From NCBI GenBank assembly GCA_965652295.1, contig CBFGTS010000009.1, positions 64,001 through 128,000 on the forward strand: a DNA stretch of 64,000 bases, in the 5' to 3' direction. Both the position numbers and the translations under genes were made by a program. Positions 29,984 to 39,767 of the stretch are shown in pieces. The notes beneath the pieces were generated by a model, which was not told the origin of the DNA, made no database searches, and saw only the letters and a list, made by a program, of their open reading frames with translations. Positions within the stretch are counted from its first letter, which is position 1. Each line of letters opens with the position of its first letter. Source of the stretch: an uncultured Haloferula sp. (GTDB lineage Bacteria; Verrucomicrobiota; Verrucomicrobiia; Verrucomicrobiales; Akkermansiaceae).

Positions 29984-32152
29984 CTACTTCCCCCGCCGAT
30001 AGCTGACCTTTTTTTTCGCCGCCGGAGCCGGGGTTCCGCCGCCCTTCAGCTTGGCGATCTGGTCGCGCAGATGCGCCGCGCGCTCGAACTCCAGCTTCGC
30101 CGCCGCGTCCCGCATTTCAGCCTCCAGCTCGGCGATCACCCGCACCTTGTTGTATTCCTCCTCGTCGTCGGAAATGAGAGAGCGCGACATCTGGTCGGCT
30201 TTCGCCCGCTGGTTCGAGTAGAGCTGCAAACTCTCCTGCACCGCCCGCTTCACACTCTGCGGCGTGATGCCGTGCGTTTCGTTGTGGTCGAGCTGCCTTT
30301 CACGCCGGTAGTCGGTGACATCCAGCAACTTCTGGATCGAGTCCGTGACCACGTCGCAGAACAGCACGCACTCGCCATTCACGTGACGCGCGGCCCGGCC
30401 CGCCGTCTGGATCAGGCTCGTTTCATTACGCAGGAAGCCCTCCTTGTCGGCATCCAGAATGCACACCAGCGACACCTCGGGCAGATCGAGTCCTTCCCGC
30501 AGCAGGTTGATGCCGACCAGGATATCGAATTCCGCCGCCCGCAGCTGGCGCAGGATTTCCACCCGCTCGACCGCATCCACGTCGGCGTGGATGTAGCGGA
30601 CCTTGAGGCCGGTCCCTTGCAGGTATTCCGTCAAATCCTCGGCCGTCTTCTTGGTGAGCGTCGTCACCAACACCCGCTCGCCCGTCTCCACGCGCTGGCG
30701 GCAGAGCTCGATCGTTTCATCGATCTGACCCTTGAGCGGACGCATTTTCACCACCGGATCCAGCAAGCCGGTCGGCCGGATGATCTGCTCGACGATCAAC
30801 GGCCGCCCGGGCTTCGATACATCGAAGTCCTCGATCGGCTCGTCGCTCGGGCTGGGCTCGATTTTGAGCTTCTTGGCATCGATGGGGATGAACGTCCGAT
30901 CGTCGGCTCTTCCCTTCACCGGAATGTAACGCGGGTTGTCGGGGCGCGAGTTAACCACCTCGAAGGGCCCCGGCGTTGCCGAAACGTAGAGCCGCTGGTT
31001 GGTCATTTGCATGAACTCATCGAAACGCAGCGGGCGGTTGTCGAGCGCGCTCGGAAGCCGGAAGCCATGCTCCACCAGCACCGTTTTCCGACTACGATCT
31101 CCCTCGTACATCCCCCCGATCTGCGGGATGGAGACGTGGCTCTCGTCGATCAGAGTGAGGAAGCCCTCGGGGAAGAAATCGAGCAAGGTGTAGGGCCGCG
31201 CGCCCGGCGGACGGCCGGTGAGGTGGCGCGAGTAGTTCTCGATGCCCTGGCAAAAGCCCATCTCGCGCATCATTTCCATGTCGTAGTCGGTGCGCATCCG
31301 CAGCCGCTGCGCTTCGATCAGTTTCCCCTGGCTCTCGAATTCCGCCACCCGCGCGTCGGCCTCCTTGCGGATCTCGACCATGGCCTTCTTCATCTTGTCG
31401 CCGGGCGTAACGAACTGCTTGGCGGGGAAAACCGTGTACTTGTCGAGACGGTCGATCACCGCACCGGTCAACGTGTCGATCGAGGAAATGCGGTCGATCT
31501 CATCGCCGAAGAACTCGATGCGGATCGCGGTTTCATCGAGGTAAGCGGGGTGGACCTCCACCACGTCGCCGCGCACGCGGAACTTGCCTCGTCCAAAGGC
31601 GATATCGTTCCGCTCGAAAAGCAAGCCGACGAGGCTTTCCAGCAAATCATCGCGACCGATCTGCTGCCCGACCCAGATCGGGATCATCATGCCTTCGTAG
31701 TCCTCCGGCGATCCCAAACCGTAGATGCAGCTCACCGAGGCAACGACGATCACGTCCTCCCGGGTCAGCAGCGAGCCCATCGAAGAGAGCCGCAGGCGCT
31801 CGATCTCGTCGTTGATGCTCGAATCTTTCTCGATGTAGGTATCCGTCCGCGGAATGTAGGCTTCCGGCTGGTAGTAGTCGAAGTAGCTGACGAAGTATTC
31901 CACCGCGTTGTGCGGGAAGAAATTCTTGAACTCCGAGTAAAGCTGCGCGGCGAGCGTCTTGTTGTGGCTCATGATCAGCGCCGGCTTGCCGATGCGCTGG
32001 ATCACGTTGGCCATGGTGAAGGTTTTCCCCGAGCCGGTCACGCCGAGAAGCGTCTGATGGCGGTTGCCGGCATCGATCGACTTCACGAGCTTCTCGATCG
32101 CCTGCGCCTGATCGCCCTGCGCCTGGTAGTCACTGACCAACTGGAATGCCAT
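29984..32152 (-). CDS. uvrB: Excinuclease ABC subunit B
   Basis: LGVTGSGKT, YYQPEAY, DESH, GINLLREGLD, QTAGRAAR and a C-terminal UVR domain. Confidence 0.97.
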   Translation of the reverse strand: MAFQLVSDYQAQGDQAQAIEKLVKSIDAGNRHQTLLGVTGSGKTFTMANVIQRIGKPALIMSHNKTLAAQLYSEFKNFFPHNAVEYFVSYFDYYQPEAYIPRTDTYIEKDSSINDEIERLRLSSMGSLLTREDVIVVASVSCIYGLGSPEDYEGMMIPIWVGQQIGRDDLLESLVGLLFERNDIAFGRGKFRVRGDVVEVHPAYLDETAIRIEFFGDEIDRISSIDTLTGAVIDRLDKYTVFPAKQFVTPGDKMKKAMVEIRKEADARVAEFESQGKLIEAQRLRMRTDYDMEMMREMGFCQGIENYSRHLTGRPPGARPYTLLDFFPEGFLTLIDESHVSIPQIGGMYEGDRSRKTVLVEHGFRLPSALDNRPLRFDEFMQMTNQRLYVSATPGPFEVVNSRPDNPRYIPVKGRADDRTFIPIDAKKLKIEPSPSDEPIEDFDVSKPGRPLIVEQIIRPTGLLDPVVKMRPLKGQIDETIELCRQRVETGERVLVTTLTKKTAEDLTEYLQGTGLKVRYIHADVDAVERVEILRQLRAAEFDILVGINLLREGLDLPEVSLVCILDADKEGFLRNETSLIQTAGRAARHVNGECVLFCDVVTDSIQKLLDVTDYRRERQLDHNETHGITPQSVKRAVQESLQLYSNQRAKADQMSRSLISDDEEEYNKVRVIAELEAEMRDAAAKLEFERAAHLRDQIAKLKGGGTPAPAAKKKVSYRRGK

Positions 32153-32203
32153 CCGGCTGCTTTCCTACGCGCGGGCCGGCGGCATCGCAAGCCGTCCGAT
32201 TCC

Positions 32204-32324
32204 GCCTGTCAGAGGCATGACCGTCCCGGTCATCAACGACGGTGCTGAAATCGCTCTGAGAGCTATCGTTACCTTGAAGTGGAAAGCGCCCAACCTTTCA
32301 TGACCGGGACGGTCATGCCACTGG
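32204..32324. repeat. REPIN-like element, copy 2
   Basis: gcctgtcagaggcatgaccgtcccggtcat ... caacctttcatgaccgggacggtcatgccactgg. The arms match the reverse complement of 10608-10730. Confidence 0.85.
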
Positions 32325-32338
32325 CAGATAACGCCAGC

Positions 32339-33187
32339 TCACCCCCTCGCCTCGTCTCCCACCGGCGTCAGCCCCACGGCATACAAGCCGATGCCCTTTT
32401 CCTCACACAGCGCGTTCACCCGGTCGCGCTCCAATAAAAGCGTTCGGCCCGCCTCGATCGCGATCGCCCCCACGCCCGACTCCGCGCAGGTCTCGATCGT
32501 CTGAGGCCCCACCACCGGGACATCGAAACGGAAATCCTGATTCGGCTTCGACACCTTCACCAACATCACGTTTTTCCCCCGGCCCAGCTCTCCGCCGCGG
32601 CGGATGCAGGCGTTGGTGCCCTCGAAAGCCTCCACCGCCAGCACCGTGCCGTGGCGGACGACGATCGTCTGCCCGATGTCGAGCCGGCTGGTTTCCTTCG
32701 CGATCCGGAATCCGAATTCCGCGTCCTTGATCTGCCGCTCCTTGAACGGCGGCCCGAAAACATGGCCCGGCGTTGGCAGCAGGTCCTCGAGGAAAGTCGT
32801 CGCCGGCAACAACGTGATGCCGTCCTTCGCCAGCTCGTCGCCGATCGCCCCGAAAAGCGACTCCGCATTCCGCTCCGGCACCTTGGCCAGCATCATCAAC
32901 GTCCGCAGATCCGGACGCAGGTCGAAGAGGTTCTTCGGCGCGATCTGGCCGACCATGATCGCCTCCGTCGCGCCCTGATTCTTGAAAAATTTGATCAACT
33001 TCCCGAGCTGACCGACACGCATCCACTCCACCGCATCCACGGTCTTCGTCGCTTCCTCGCGGGTTTCGTTGTGGAAGGCGGACATCACCAAACGGATGCC
33101 GGGCGAGCTCCGCCGCGCGGCCTCAATGAAGATCATCGGGTAGGCCCCGTTGCCGGCGATGATTCCGATCGTTCGCTGGTCCGCCAT
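32339..33187 (-). CDS. lpxI: UDP-2,3-diacylglucosamine pyrophosphatase LpxI
   Basis: IGIIAGNGAYP, LDIGQT, AVEAFEGTN and KPNQDFRFDVPVVG. Confidence 0.9.
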   Translation of the reverse strand: MADQRTIGIIAGNGAYPMIFIEAARRSSPGIRLVMSAFHNETREEATKTVDAVEWMRVGQLGKLIKFFKNQGATEAIMVGQIAPKNLFDLRPDLRTLMMLAKVPERNAESLFGAIGDELAKDGITLLPATTFLEDLLPTPGHVFGPPFKERQIKDAEFGFRIAKETSRLDIGQTIVVRHGTVLAVEAFEGTNACIRRGGELGRGKNVMLVKVSKPNQDFRFDVPVVGPQTIETCAESGVGAIAIEAGRTLLLERDRVNALCEEKGIGLYAVGLTPVGDEARG

Positions 33188-33210
33188 GCCGGTCGTCACA
33201 AGAAGGAAAA

Positions 33211-33290
33211 TAGCGGCTGTGGGACTCGAACCCACACTCCGAAGAACTCGATTTTGAGTCGAGCGCGTCTACCAATTCCGCCAAGCCGCC
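33211..33290 (-). tRNA. tRNA-Leu (anticodon CAA)
   Basis: GGCGGCTTGGCGGAATTGGTAGACGCG-CTCGA CTCAAAA TCGAG-variable arm-GTGGGTTCGAGTCCCAC-AGCCGCTA. CCA is not encoded. Confidence 0.95.
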
Positions 33291-33406
33291 CTTGAGGTGC
33301 GCGGATGTTTGCCCTGCCACCCGTTTCCGCGCAAGCGGCAAATGACGCGGCGGTCTTCACCAGTGCTCGCGGCATGCGCTCATCCGGGACGCGGGCCTCC
33401 GAACAT

Positions 33407-33436
33407 AAAAGAGCCGCTTCCTGACAGGAAGCGGCC
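33407..33436 (-). terminator. Intrinsic terminator after the His-rich lipoprotein
   Basis: On the minus strand, gccgcttcctg/caggaagcggc stem followed by tctttt. Confidence 0.75.
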
Positions 33437-33455
33437 TTCAAAAAATGCCGGCACC

Positions 33456-33632
33456 TCAGTGCGCGTGTTCCTCGCCTTCGGCGTGGTCGTGGCCGGCGTG
33501 ATCTCCACCGTCCCCACCATGTCCATGATCGTCGTGAGTCTCATGCAGGACCTTGGTTTCCTCCCAGTCGTGGCTTTCACACGAAACGGCGGTAAACGCG
33601 GCTACAGCCGCAAGCAGGCAGAAAAGTTTCAT
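33456..33632 (-). CDS. Small His-rich lipoprotein
   Basis: MKLFCLLAAVAAFTAVSC lipobox; tail HETHDDHGHGGDGGDHAGHDHAEGEEHAH; followed by a terminator. Confidence 0.75.
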   Translation of the reverse strand: MKLFCLLAAVAAFTAVSCESHDWEETKVLHETHDDHGHGGDGGDHAGHDHAEGEEHAH

Positions 33633-33708
33633 CGCCGCTTCGTTTAGGCGTCCCATCTCCGGCCGGCAAGCGGGAATCGGGCGAGGCGCAGGTCGAAACC
33701 CGCTCCGG

Positions 33709-35139
33709 TTACTCCTGTCTGTCCTCCGACGTTTCGCTACCGACCGGCACGAGCTTGCGGAAATGGATCTGCCCGACCCGGCGGCCGTCAGTGCTGGTGA
33801 CCTTCGCCTCCCAGCCCTCGATCTCCATCGTCTCGCCCACCTCGGGAAAACGCCCGAGCTGCTGGGTCACGTAGCCGCCGATGGTCGTCACCTCGCCGCT
33901 CTCGAGTTCGAGCTCCTCGGTGATGTCGGTGAGATCGTTCAGGGTCACCGTTCCATCCACCACGAATTCGTCCTCCCCCACGCGCACGAAATCCGGACGC
34001 TCGTTGTCGAACTCGTCCTGAATGTCGCCGACGATTTCCTCGATCACGTTGTCGAGGAACACGATGCCCACCGGGGTACCGAACTCGTCCACCGCCAGGG
34101 CGAGGTGCTGGCGCTCCTTGAGGAAGAATTTCAGCAAGGTGTCGAGCGGCATGGTGTCGGGCACCATCTTCAGCTCGCGCTTGATCCGCATGAGATCCGG
34201 ATCGGAATCGCCCACAAGGTCCAGCACGTCCTTGATGTGGATCTGGCCAATGTGGTGGTCGAGGTGCCCCCCCTTCACCAGCGGGAACCGCGTGTGACGG
34301 GTCCGCCGGGCGATCGCCAATGCCTTTTCGAAAGGCTCGTCGGCATCCAGCACGATCACATCCTGGCGCGGCGTCATCACATCGCGCACCCAGAGTTCGT
34401 TCAGCTCCAGCGCGTTGATGGCGATCTCCTGCTCGGTCTCGGTCACCTCCAGCGCCTCACCGCTTTGGGAGACCAACAACACCAGTTCCTCGGCGGAGTG
34501 GACGTGTTCGCCTTCGCTTACAGGATCGATCTGGAAAAACTTCTTCAGCAGGAAGTTCGCCGTGCCGTTGAGAAGCCGGATCGCCCAGTGGAATGACCGG
34601 TAGAACACGTGCAACGGGCTGGCCAGCGCCAGCGTCGTGGCCAGCGACTTGCGGATCGCGATCGACTTCGGCAGCAGCTCGCCGATGACGACGTGCAGGA
34701 AGGTGAAGGAAACGATCGCTAACCCGAGCGAGATCCACTTGATCAGCTCCACGCTCACACCGCCGATCGACATCAGCGGCGGCACCCCGAGCTTGTAGAG
34801 CGTCGGCGAGACCAGCGCGCTGATGAAGGGCTCACCGAGGAAACCGAGCATCAGCGAGGCGATCGTGATGCCCAGCTGGTTGGCGGAAAGGTAACCATCG
34901 AGCTTGGAAACCACGGAGATCGCCCGCGTGGCCTTGCCCGGATGCTCCTCTTCCACGGTCTCCAGCTGGCTGGGCCGCACCTTCACGATGGCGAACTCGG
35001 ACGCCACGAAGAAGGCGTTGAGCAGCAGGAAGAAAATGATCCCCGCAATGTACACGAGGGTTTTCAGAGGAGACGGATAGTCCGTCGAAACCTCGTGGGC
35101 GGCCGCGGCGAGAACAGCCGGATCAAACAACACGTTCAT
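33709..35139 (-). CDS. CNNM/CBS/CorC-domain (hemolysin-family) transporter
   Basis: NAFFVASEFAIV, QLGIT, GELLPKS, HTRFP and VDEFG. Confidence 0.92.
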   Translation of the reverse strand: MNVLFDPAVLAAAAHEVSTDYPSPLKTLVYIAGIIFFLLLNAFFVASEFAIVKVRPSQLETVEEEHPGKATRAISVVSKLDGYLSANQLGITIASLMLGFLGEPFISALVSPTLYKLGVPPLMSIGGVSVELIKWISLGLAIVSFTFLHVVIGELLPKSIAIRKSLATTLALASPLHVFYRSFHWAIRLLNGTANFLLKKFFQIDPVSEGEHVHSAEELVLLVSQSGEALEVTETEQEIAINALELNELWVRDVMTPRQDVIVLDADEPFEKALAIARRTRHTRFPLVKGGHLDHHIGQIHIKDVLDLVGDSDPDLMRIKRELKMVPDTMPLDTLLKFFLKERQHLALAVDEFGTPVGIVFLDNVIEEIVGDIQDEFDNERPDFVRVGEDEFVVDGTVTLNDLTDITEELELESGEVTTIGGYVTQQLGRFPEVGETMEIEGWEAKVTSTDGRRVGQIHFRKLVPVGSETSEDRQE

Positions 35140-35145
35140 CGGAGA

Positions 35146-35406
35146 TCACAGCTTTTCGTAAACACCCTGGTCACGCTTCTCAAGAATCGTGAAACCCGCG
35201 GCCTTGGCGTCGCTCACCGAGAGCGGCTTGGCCACCTTGGGGGTATTGATACGGGAAATGACCTTGCGGATCGGATTCCGGCAGGCAAGGCACTTCTCCA
35301 AGGGCGCCCGGTCAACCGGGCGTCGAAGCTCGAATCCTTTGCGACAAATGCGACACGATCGCTCGGGATCGTCCGGATGTTCGGAAACGTATTCGTAAAT
35401 GGGCAT
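35146..35406 (-). CDS. FmdB-family zinc ribbon protein
   Basis: MPIYEY start, with CRIC and CLAC pairs. Confidence 0.8.
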   Translation of the reverse strand: MPIYEYVSEHPDDPERSCRICRKGFELRRPVDRAPLEKCLACRNPIRKVISRINTPKVAKPLSVSDAKAAGFTILEKRDQGVYEKL

Positions 35407-35469
35407 GAGGATGCGGGAGGACGGGCTGTTTCCGCCTCCCGCGAAGAAACTAGCGCATTCCGCGCCAAG

Positions 35470-35739
35470 TCACCAGCTCGACTTCGTCACGCCGGGAAGC
35501 ATCCCGTGCGAAGCCAGCTCACGGAAGCTGATCCGGGAGAGGCGGAAGCGGCGGAGGAACGCGCGGCGGCGACCGGAGTATTCGCAACGGTTCACAACGC
35601 GGGTCGGGCTTGCATCACGCGGAAGCATCGAGAGACCGACGTAGTCCTTCTCGTCCTTCAGCTTGTGACGCAGGTCGGCGTACTTCGCGACAGTGCGTTT
35701 CTTACGGTCGTTGCGGGCAATCCAGCTTTTCTTAGCCAT
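35470..35739 (-). CDS. rpsN: 30S ribosomal protein S14 (89 aa, lacking the zinc-finger Cys set)
   Basis: MAKKSWIAR...LPRDASPTR..NRC..SGR...GVTKSSW. Confidence 0.95.
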   Translation of the reverse strand: MAKKSWIARNDRKKRTVAKYADLRHKLKDEKDYVGLSMLPRDASPTRVVNRCEYSGRRRAFLRRFRLSRISFRELASHGMLPGVTKSSW

Positions 35740-35853
35740 AATTCGGGGCGCGGTGGATATCCGCTCACAGCCCTATTGCAAGCCAAAATCGGGGATTTCC
35801 CAAAAACTCCCGCGCTTTACCTTCGAAATTGATCCGTCCCCGACGGATATCCG

Positions 35854-36990
35854 ATGCTCCGCTTCATGCGAGCGCTCTGCATCGTCCTCGATTCCGTCGG
35901 CTGCGGCCACGCCCCCGACGCTTCCGATTTCGGCGATGCCGGGGCGAACACCCTGGGTCACCTCTTCGAGCGCATCCCCGGCCTCCACCTGCCCCATCTC
36001 GCCTCGCTCGGCCTCCACGAGGTGCTGCACGCCAAAGATCCGCAGCTCTCCCTTCCCGACACCACCCTCCACCCGGGCAGCCGCCACGCCCGCCTCACCG
36101 AACGCTCCGCCGGCAAGGACACCACCACCGGCCACTGGGAGCTGATGGGCGCGGTGATCAAAGAACCCTTCGCCACCTTCGAGCGCTTTCCCGAGGACCT
36201 CGTCGCGGAACTGGAGCAAGCCGCGCGGGCTCCGTTCCTCGGAAACGAGGCCGCGTCCGGCACCGAAATCATCGCCCGCCTCGGCGCGGAGCACCTCGTC
36301 ACGGGAAGCCCCATCCTCTACACCAGCGCCGATTCGGTCCTGCAGATCGCCGCCCACGAGGATCCTGCGGTTTTCGCCAACCACCGCCTCCAGCAGCTCT
36401 GCCGCGACGCCCGGGCCATTCTCGACCGCCGAGGAATCCGCGTCGGCCGGGTCATCTCCCGGCCCTTCACCGGAGCCACGCCGGCCGACTTCCAGCGCAC
36501 CTCCAACCGCCACGATTACTCGCTCACCCCGCCGGAGACCGTCCTCAACCGCCTCACCTCCGCCGGCATCGAGGTCCACGCCATCGGCAAGATCAGCGAC
36601 ATCTTCGCCGCCTCCGGCATTTCCCACAGCCATCCGACCCGCTCCAACGCCGACGGCATGGCCGTCATCGAGCGACTCTGGGACGAGCACACCTCCGGCC
36701 TGCTCTTCGCGAATCTCGTCGATTTCGACACCCTTTACGGTCACCGCCGCAATCCGGATGGCTACGCCGCCTGCCTTCGCGAGTTCGATGCCTGGCTCGG
36801 CCCGTTTTTGGAAAAAATCGCCCCGCCGGATGCCCTCATCATCACCGCCGACCACGGCAACGATCCCTATCACCCCGGCACCGACCACACCCGCGAGCAG
36901 GTCCCGCTACTCACCCTGAACAGCCCGCCCATCGCGGAAACTCCCACCTTCGCCGAAGTCGCCCGGCTCATCGAAGCTCTGGAGTGGTGA
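35854..36990 (+). CDS. deoB: Phosphopentomutase
   Basis: IVLDSVGCG, GKDTTTGHWE, YTSADSV, NLVDFD..GHRR and TADHGNDP...DHTRE. Confidence 0.95.
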   Translation: MLRFMRALCIVLDSVGCGHAPDASDFGDAGANTLGHLFERIPGLHLPHLASLGLHEVLHAKDPQLSLPDTTLHPGSRHARLTERSAGKDTTTGHWELMGAVIKEPFATFERFPEDLVAELEQAARAPFLGNEAASGTEIIARLGAEHLVTGSPILYTSADSVLQIAAHEDPAVFANHRLQQLCRDARAILDRRGIRVGRVISRPFTGATPADFQRTSNRHDYSLTPPETVLNRLTSAGIEVHAIGKISDIFAASGISHSHPTRSNADGMAVIERLWDEHTSGLLFANLVDFDTLYGHRRNPDGYAACLREFDAWLGPFLEKIAPPDALIITADHGNDPYHPGTDHTREQVPLLTLNSPPIAETPTFAEVARLIEALEW

Positions 36991-37004
36991 TGAATCGCCG
37001 CGGT

Positions 37005-37850
37005 CTAAAGCCGCACGGCACCGTCCCGAAGAGCCTCCACCATCCTTAATGCCTCGCGGTTTTTCCGCACCTCGTGCACCCGGTGGAGCATCGCCCCCTC
37101 CTCGCGCGTCCAGGCCGTGAGCGCCACCGTCGGCCAGTCACGATCCGTCATTTCCTCGCTGTCCAGCAGCCACCCGATGAACCGTTTCCGTGAAAGCCCC
37201 ACCAACAGGGGCCGACCGGCCGGAGCCAGCGAAGCAGTCGCCCGAAGCAACGCGAGATTGTGTTCCAGGGTTTTCCCGAAACCGATGCCCGGATCGTAAA
37301 CGAGAGCCTCAGCGGCGATCCCCGCCGCGACCAGCTCGGCGTGCCGCCGCGCCAGAAAATCCCGAACCTCGGCCACCACGTCCCGGTATTCCGGAGCCTT
37401 CTGCATCGTCCGTGGCTCGCCTTTCATGTGCATCACCACCACGCCACAGCCGGTCTCCCGGCACACCCCGACCATCCGCGGATCACGCAGGCCGCTGACG
37501 TCGTTTACGATGTCGGCCCCGGCCGCGACCGCCGCGCGGGCGACTTCCGGCTTCATGGTATCGATCGAAATCAACCCGTCCCACCCCGCCCTCAGGCCCT
37601 CGATCACCGGCAGTACCCGGTCGATCTCCGCCGCCACCTCCACCGGATCCGCCCCCGGCCGCGTCGATTCGCCGCCGATATCGATCAAGTCCGCGCCCTC
37701 CGCAATCATCTCCTCCGCCCGCCGCAAGGCCGCCGCCGGGGCATCGTGCCGCCCGCCGTCGGAAAACGAATCCGGCGTCACGTTCAGGATCCCCATCACC
37801 GCCGCGCGGTGGCTGAGGTCGAGGGCTTTCCCGCGGAATTTCCACCACAT
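37005..37850 (-). CDS. folP: Dihydropteroate synthase
   Basis: MGILNVTPDSFSDGG, IGGESTRPG, DPGIGFGK and SRKRF. Confidence 0.95.
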   Translation of the reverse strand: MWWKFRGKALDLSHRAAVMGILNVTPDSFSDGGRHDAPAAALRRAEEMIAEGADLIDIGGESTRPGADPVEVAAEIDRVLPVIEGLRAGWDGLISIDTMKPEVARAAVAAGADIVNDVSGLRDPRMVGVCRETGCGVVVMHMKGEPRTMQKAPEYRDVVAEVRDFLARRHAELVAAGIAAEALVYDPGIGFGKTLEHNLALLRATASLAPAGRPLLVGLSRKRFIGWLLDSEEMTDRDWPTVALTAWTREEGAMLHRVHEVRKNREALRMVEALRDGAVRL

Positions 37851-37907
37851 CTCCCCCCCGGAATGCCGTCTTGCCCCACCCATGGCCAAGCACTAATCTC
37901 CGCCCCC

Positions 37908-38495
37908 ATGAACCGACCGACCCTCTGCGCCATCCTTGGCCTGATCCTCGCGGCGAACGTTTTCGCGCAGGGCCTGCCCGGCATCGGGATCGACGGCCCC
38001 TTCGTCCGCGTGAAGCGCAACGACGATGGCTCCAAAACCGTTTTCGAACGCGGCCAGGACGAGCGCACGATCACCAAGCAGACCTTCACCGCGGGCGGAA
38101 ACCTGACCCTGAAGACCGTCTATCGCCTCGATAAACAAGGCAACCCGCTCAAGTGCGACATCTACGACGGCCTCGGCAACCGGCTCTACAAGACCGCCTT
38201 CGGCTACTCCAAGCGCCCCGGTCCGACCTTCGGCAAGCTGGCCCAGGAACTCCTCTACGATACCCGGGTGAAGCGCTTTTTCCCCGGCACGGATAAGGAA
38301 ATGCCGGTGCACATGTTCGTTTACAAATACAAGCCGGATGGCAGCCCCGAGCTGCCCATCGGCATGACCCTGATCAAGGGCAAGACCGCCGAGGAAGTCT
38401 TCGGCCGCGGCGTCAGCCCCCAGGCGCTGCCCGACCTCAAGGAGCTCGAAGAGGTCAAACCGGCCAACCCGAACGCCCGCCCGGTCGGCCGCTGA
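37908..38495 (+). CDS. Secreted hypothetical protein
   Basis: Signal peptide MNRPTLCAILGLILAANVFA and typical GC3-rich codons; first gene of an apparent operon. Confidence 0.75.
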   Translation: MNRPTLCAILGLILAANVFAQGLPGIGIDGPFVRVKRNDDGSKTVFERGQDERTITKQTFTAGGNLTLKTVYRLDKQGNPLKCDIYDGLGNRLYKTAFGYSKRPGPTFGKLAQELLYDTRVKRFFPGTDKEMPVHMFVYKYKPDGSPELPIGMTLIKGKTAEEVFGRGVSPQALPDLKELEEVKPANPNARPVGR

Positions 38496-38504
38496 TCCGC
38501 CCCC

Positions 38505-39767
38505 ATGCAGCCCCAAACCCTGCTCGCCGTCCTCGTCGGCGGCGCGATCGGAGCCGCCGGGATCCTTCAGGGACTCCAGTGGAAAAATCTCGCCGATGCC
38601 GGGGCCAATGAGGAAAGCCTGGCCCGCATCCGCGAGCTGGAGGCGGAGCTCGAGATGCTGCGTTCGGAAAACGACAGCCTGCGCTCGCTCGCCCAAGGCG
38701 GCGGAGAAATCGAAGTGCCACCCGAACTCGAGCGCTTCATTGAAGATGCCCTCGGGCTCGAATTCCGCAGCTCGCCAGTGGTCCACCGGATCGCCTTCGA
38801 GGAACTTCGCGGCCGGGTCATCGCCTCCATCGAGTCGCGCTTTCCGCCGAACTCGCTCGACCACCGCCAGCAGGCCTGGCGGATGATGGGCCTGCTCGCT
38901 CCCGACGACCTTTTCGCCCCCCAGCTTGCCGCCACCCGCAGCCTCGGCGCGCGCTCGTGGTTCGATGACCAGACCGGCGAAGCCTGGGTGACCGACCAGT
39001 TCGAGCCCACCAGCATTCCCGATCAAGCCGCGCTGCTCCGCGCCCTCGTCCGCATCCTGCTCCACCAGCACTACCCGCCTGGCCCCGGGTACGCGGGCGA
39101 TGAGCCCGACCGCGCCCGCGAAGCCCTCCACCACGGCACCGCCATGGCCATCGAGAACCGCTTCCTCGCCCGGCAAGCCCTCGGCATCGGCTTCACCGGC
39201 ACTCAGAACGGCAACACCGATGCCGCCGACCTCCTCGCCAGTCTGCCCGCTTACATCACCGGCCTCGCCACCTTTCCGGCGCGCATCGGCCTGCCCCGCG
39301 CCGAGCGATTGATGGAAAAGGACGCCCTCCTCACCGACCTCCACTCTCCCCCACAGACGACCGCCGCCCTCTATGGCGACCCTCCCTTTCCGCCCACCGC
39401 CCCGGAAATCGCCGAGGCTCCCGGCACTCTCGTCCTCGAGGAAAGCGCCGGCCGTCTGGGGCTTGAACTCTGGCTCGCCACCCTCGATCTGGAGTGGACC
39501 GCTCCCGCCGCCTCCTGGCGGGGCGATCGCTACCAGCTCCGCGCCCGCAGCGACACCCAGCTCGACCTCTACTGGGACATCGAGCTCACCACGCCCGAAG
39601 CCGCCGACCGCATCCGCGAGGCCGCTCTGGCCTTTGCCAGCGCGCTTGCCGATTCCAAGACGGATGCCACACTGGGCGAGTGGATCACCGCGCCCGACGG
39701 CCACCGGATCACCGTCGAGACCCCCGACCCGACCCACGTCCGCTTCATCCATCTTTCCCCGGAATGA
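38505..39767 (+). CDS. Membrane-anchored protein with a coiled coil and a degenerate zincin-like domain
   Basis: N-terminal TM helix, coiled coil RIRELEAELEMLRSENDSLR, then LGLEF, GLL, ALHHGTA, FP..IG and WRGDRY. Confidence 0.7.
   Translation: MQPQTLLAVLVGGAIGAAGILQGLQWKNLADAGANEESLARIRELEAELEMLRSENDSLRSLAQGGGEIEVPPELERFIEDALGLEFRSSPVVHRIAFEELRGRVIASIESRFPPNSLDHRQQAWRMMGLLAPDDLFAPQLAATRSLGARSWFDDQTGEAWVTDQFEPTSIPDQAALLRALVRILLHQHYPPGPGYAGDEPDRAREALHHGTAMAIENRFLARQALGIGFTGTQNGNTDAADLLASLPAYITGLATFPARIGLPRAERLMEKDALLTDLHSPPQTTAALYGDPPFPPTAPEIAEAPGTLVLEESAGRLGLELWLATLDLEWTAPAASWRGDRYQLRARSDTQLDLYWDIELTTPEAADRIREAALAFASALADSKTDATLGEWITAPDGHRITVETPDPTHVRFIHLSPE

Noticed and set aside
10608..32324. 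REP pairs as a CRISPR array or as ends of a 21-kb composite transposon
   Set aside because: The repeats are inverted doublets, not a direct repeat-spacer array. There are no cas or transposase genes, and the enclosed genes are housekeeping.
33188..33300. tRNA-Leu as an integration site
   Set aside because: No integrase and no duplicated tRNA 3' end. lpxI starts 24 bp downstream.
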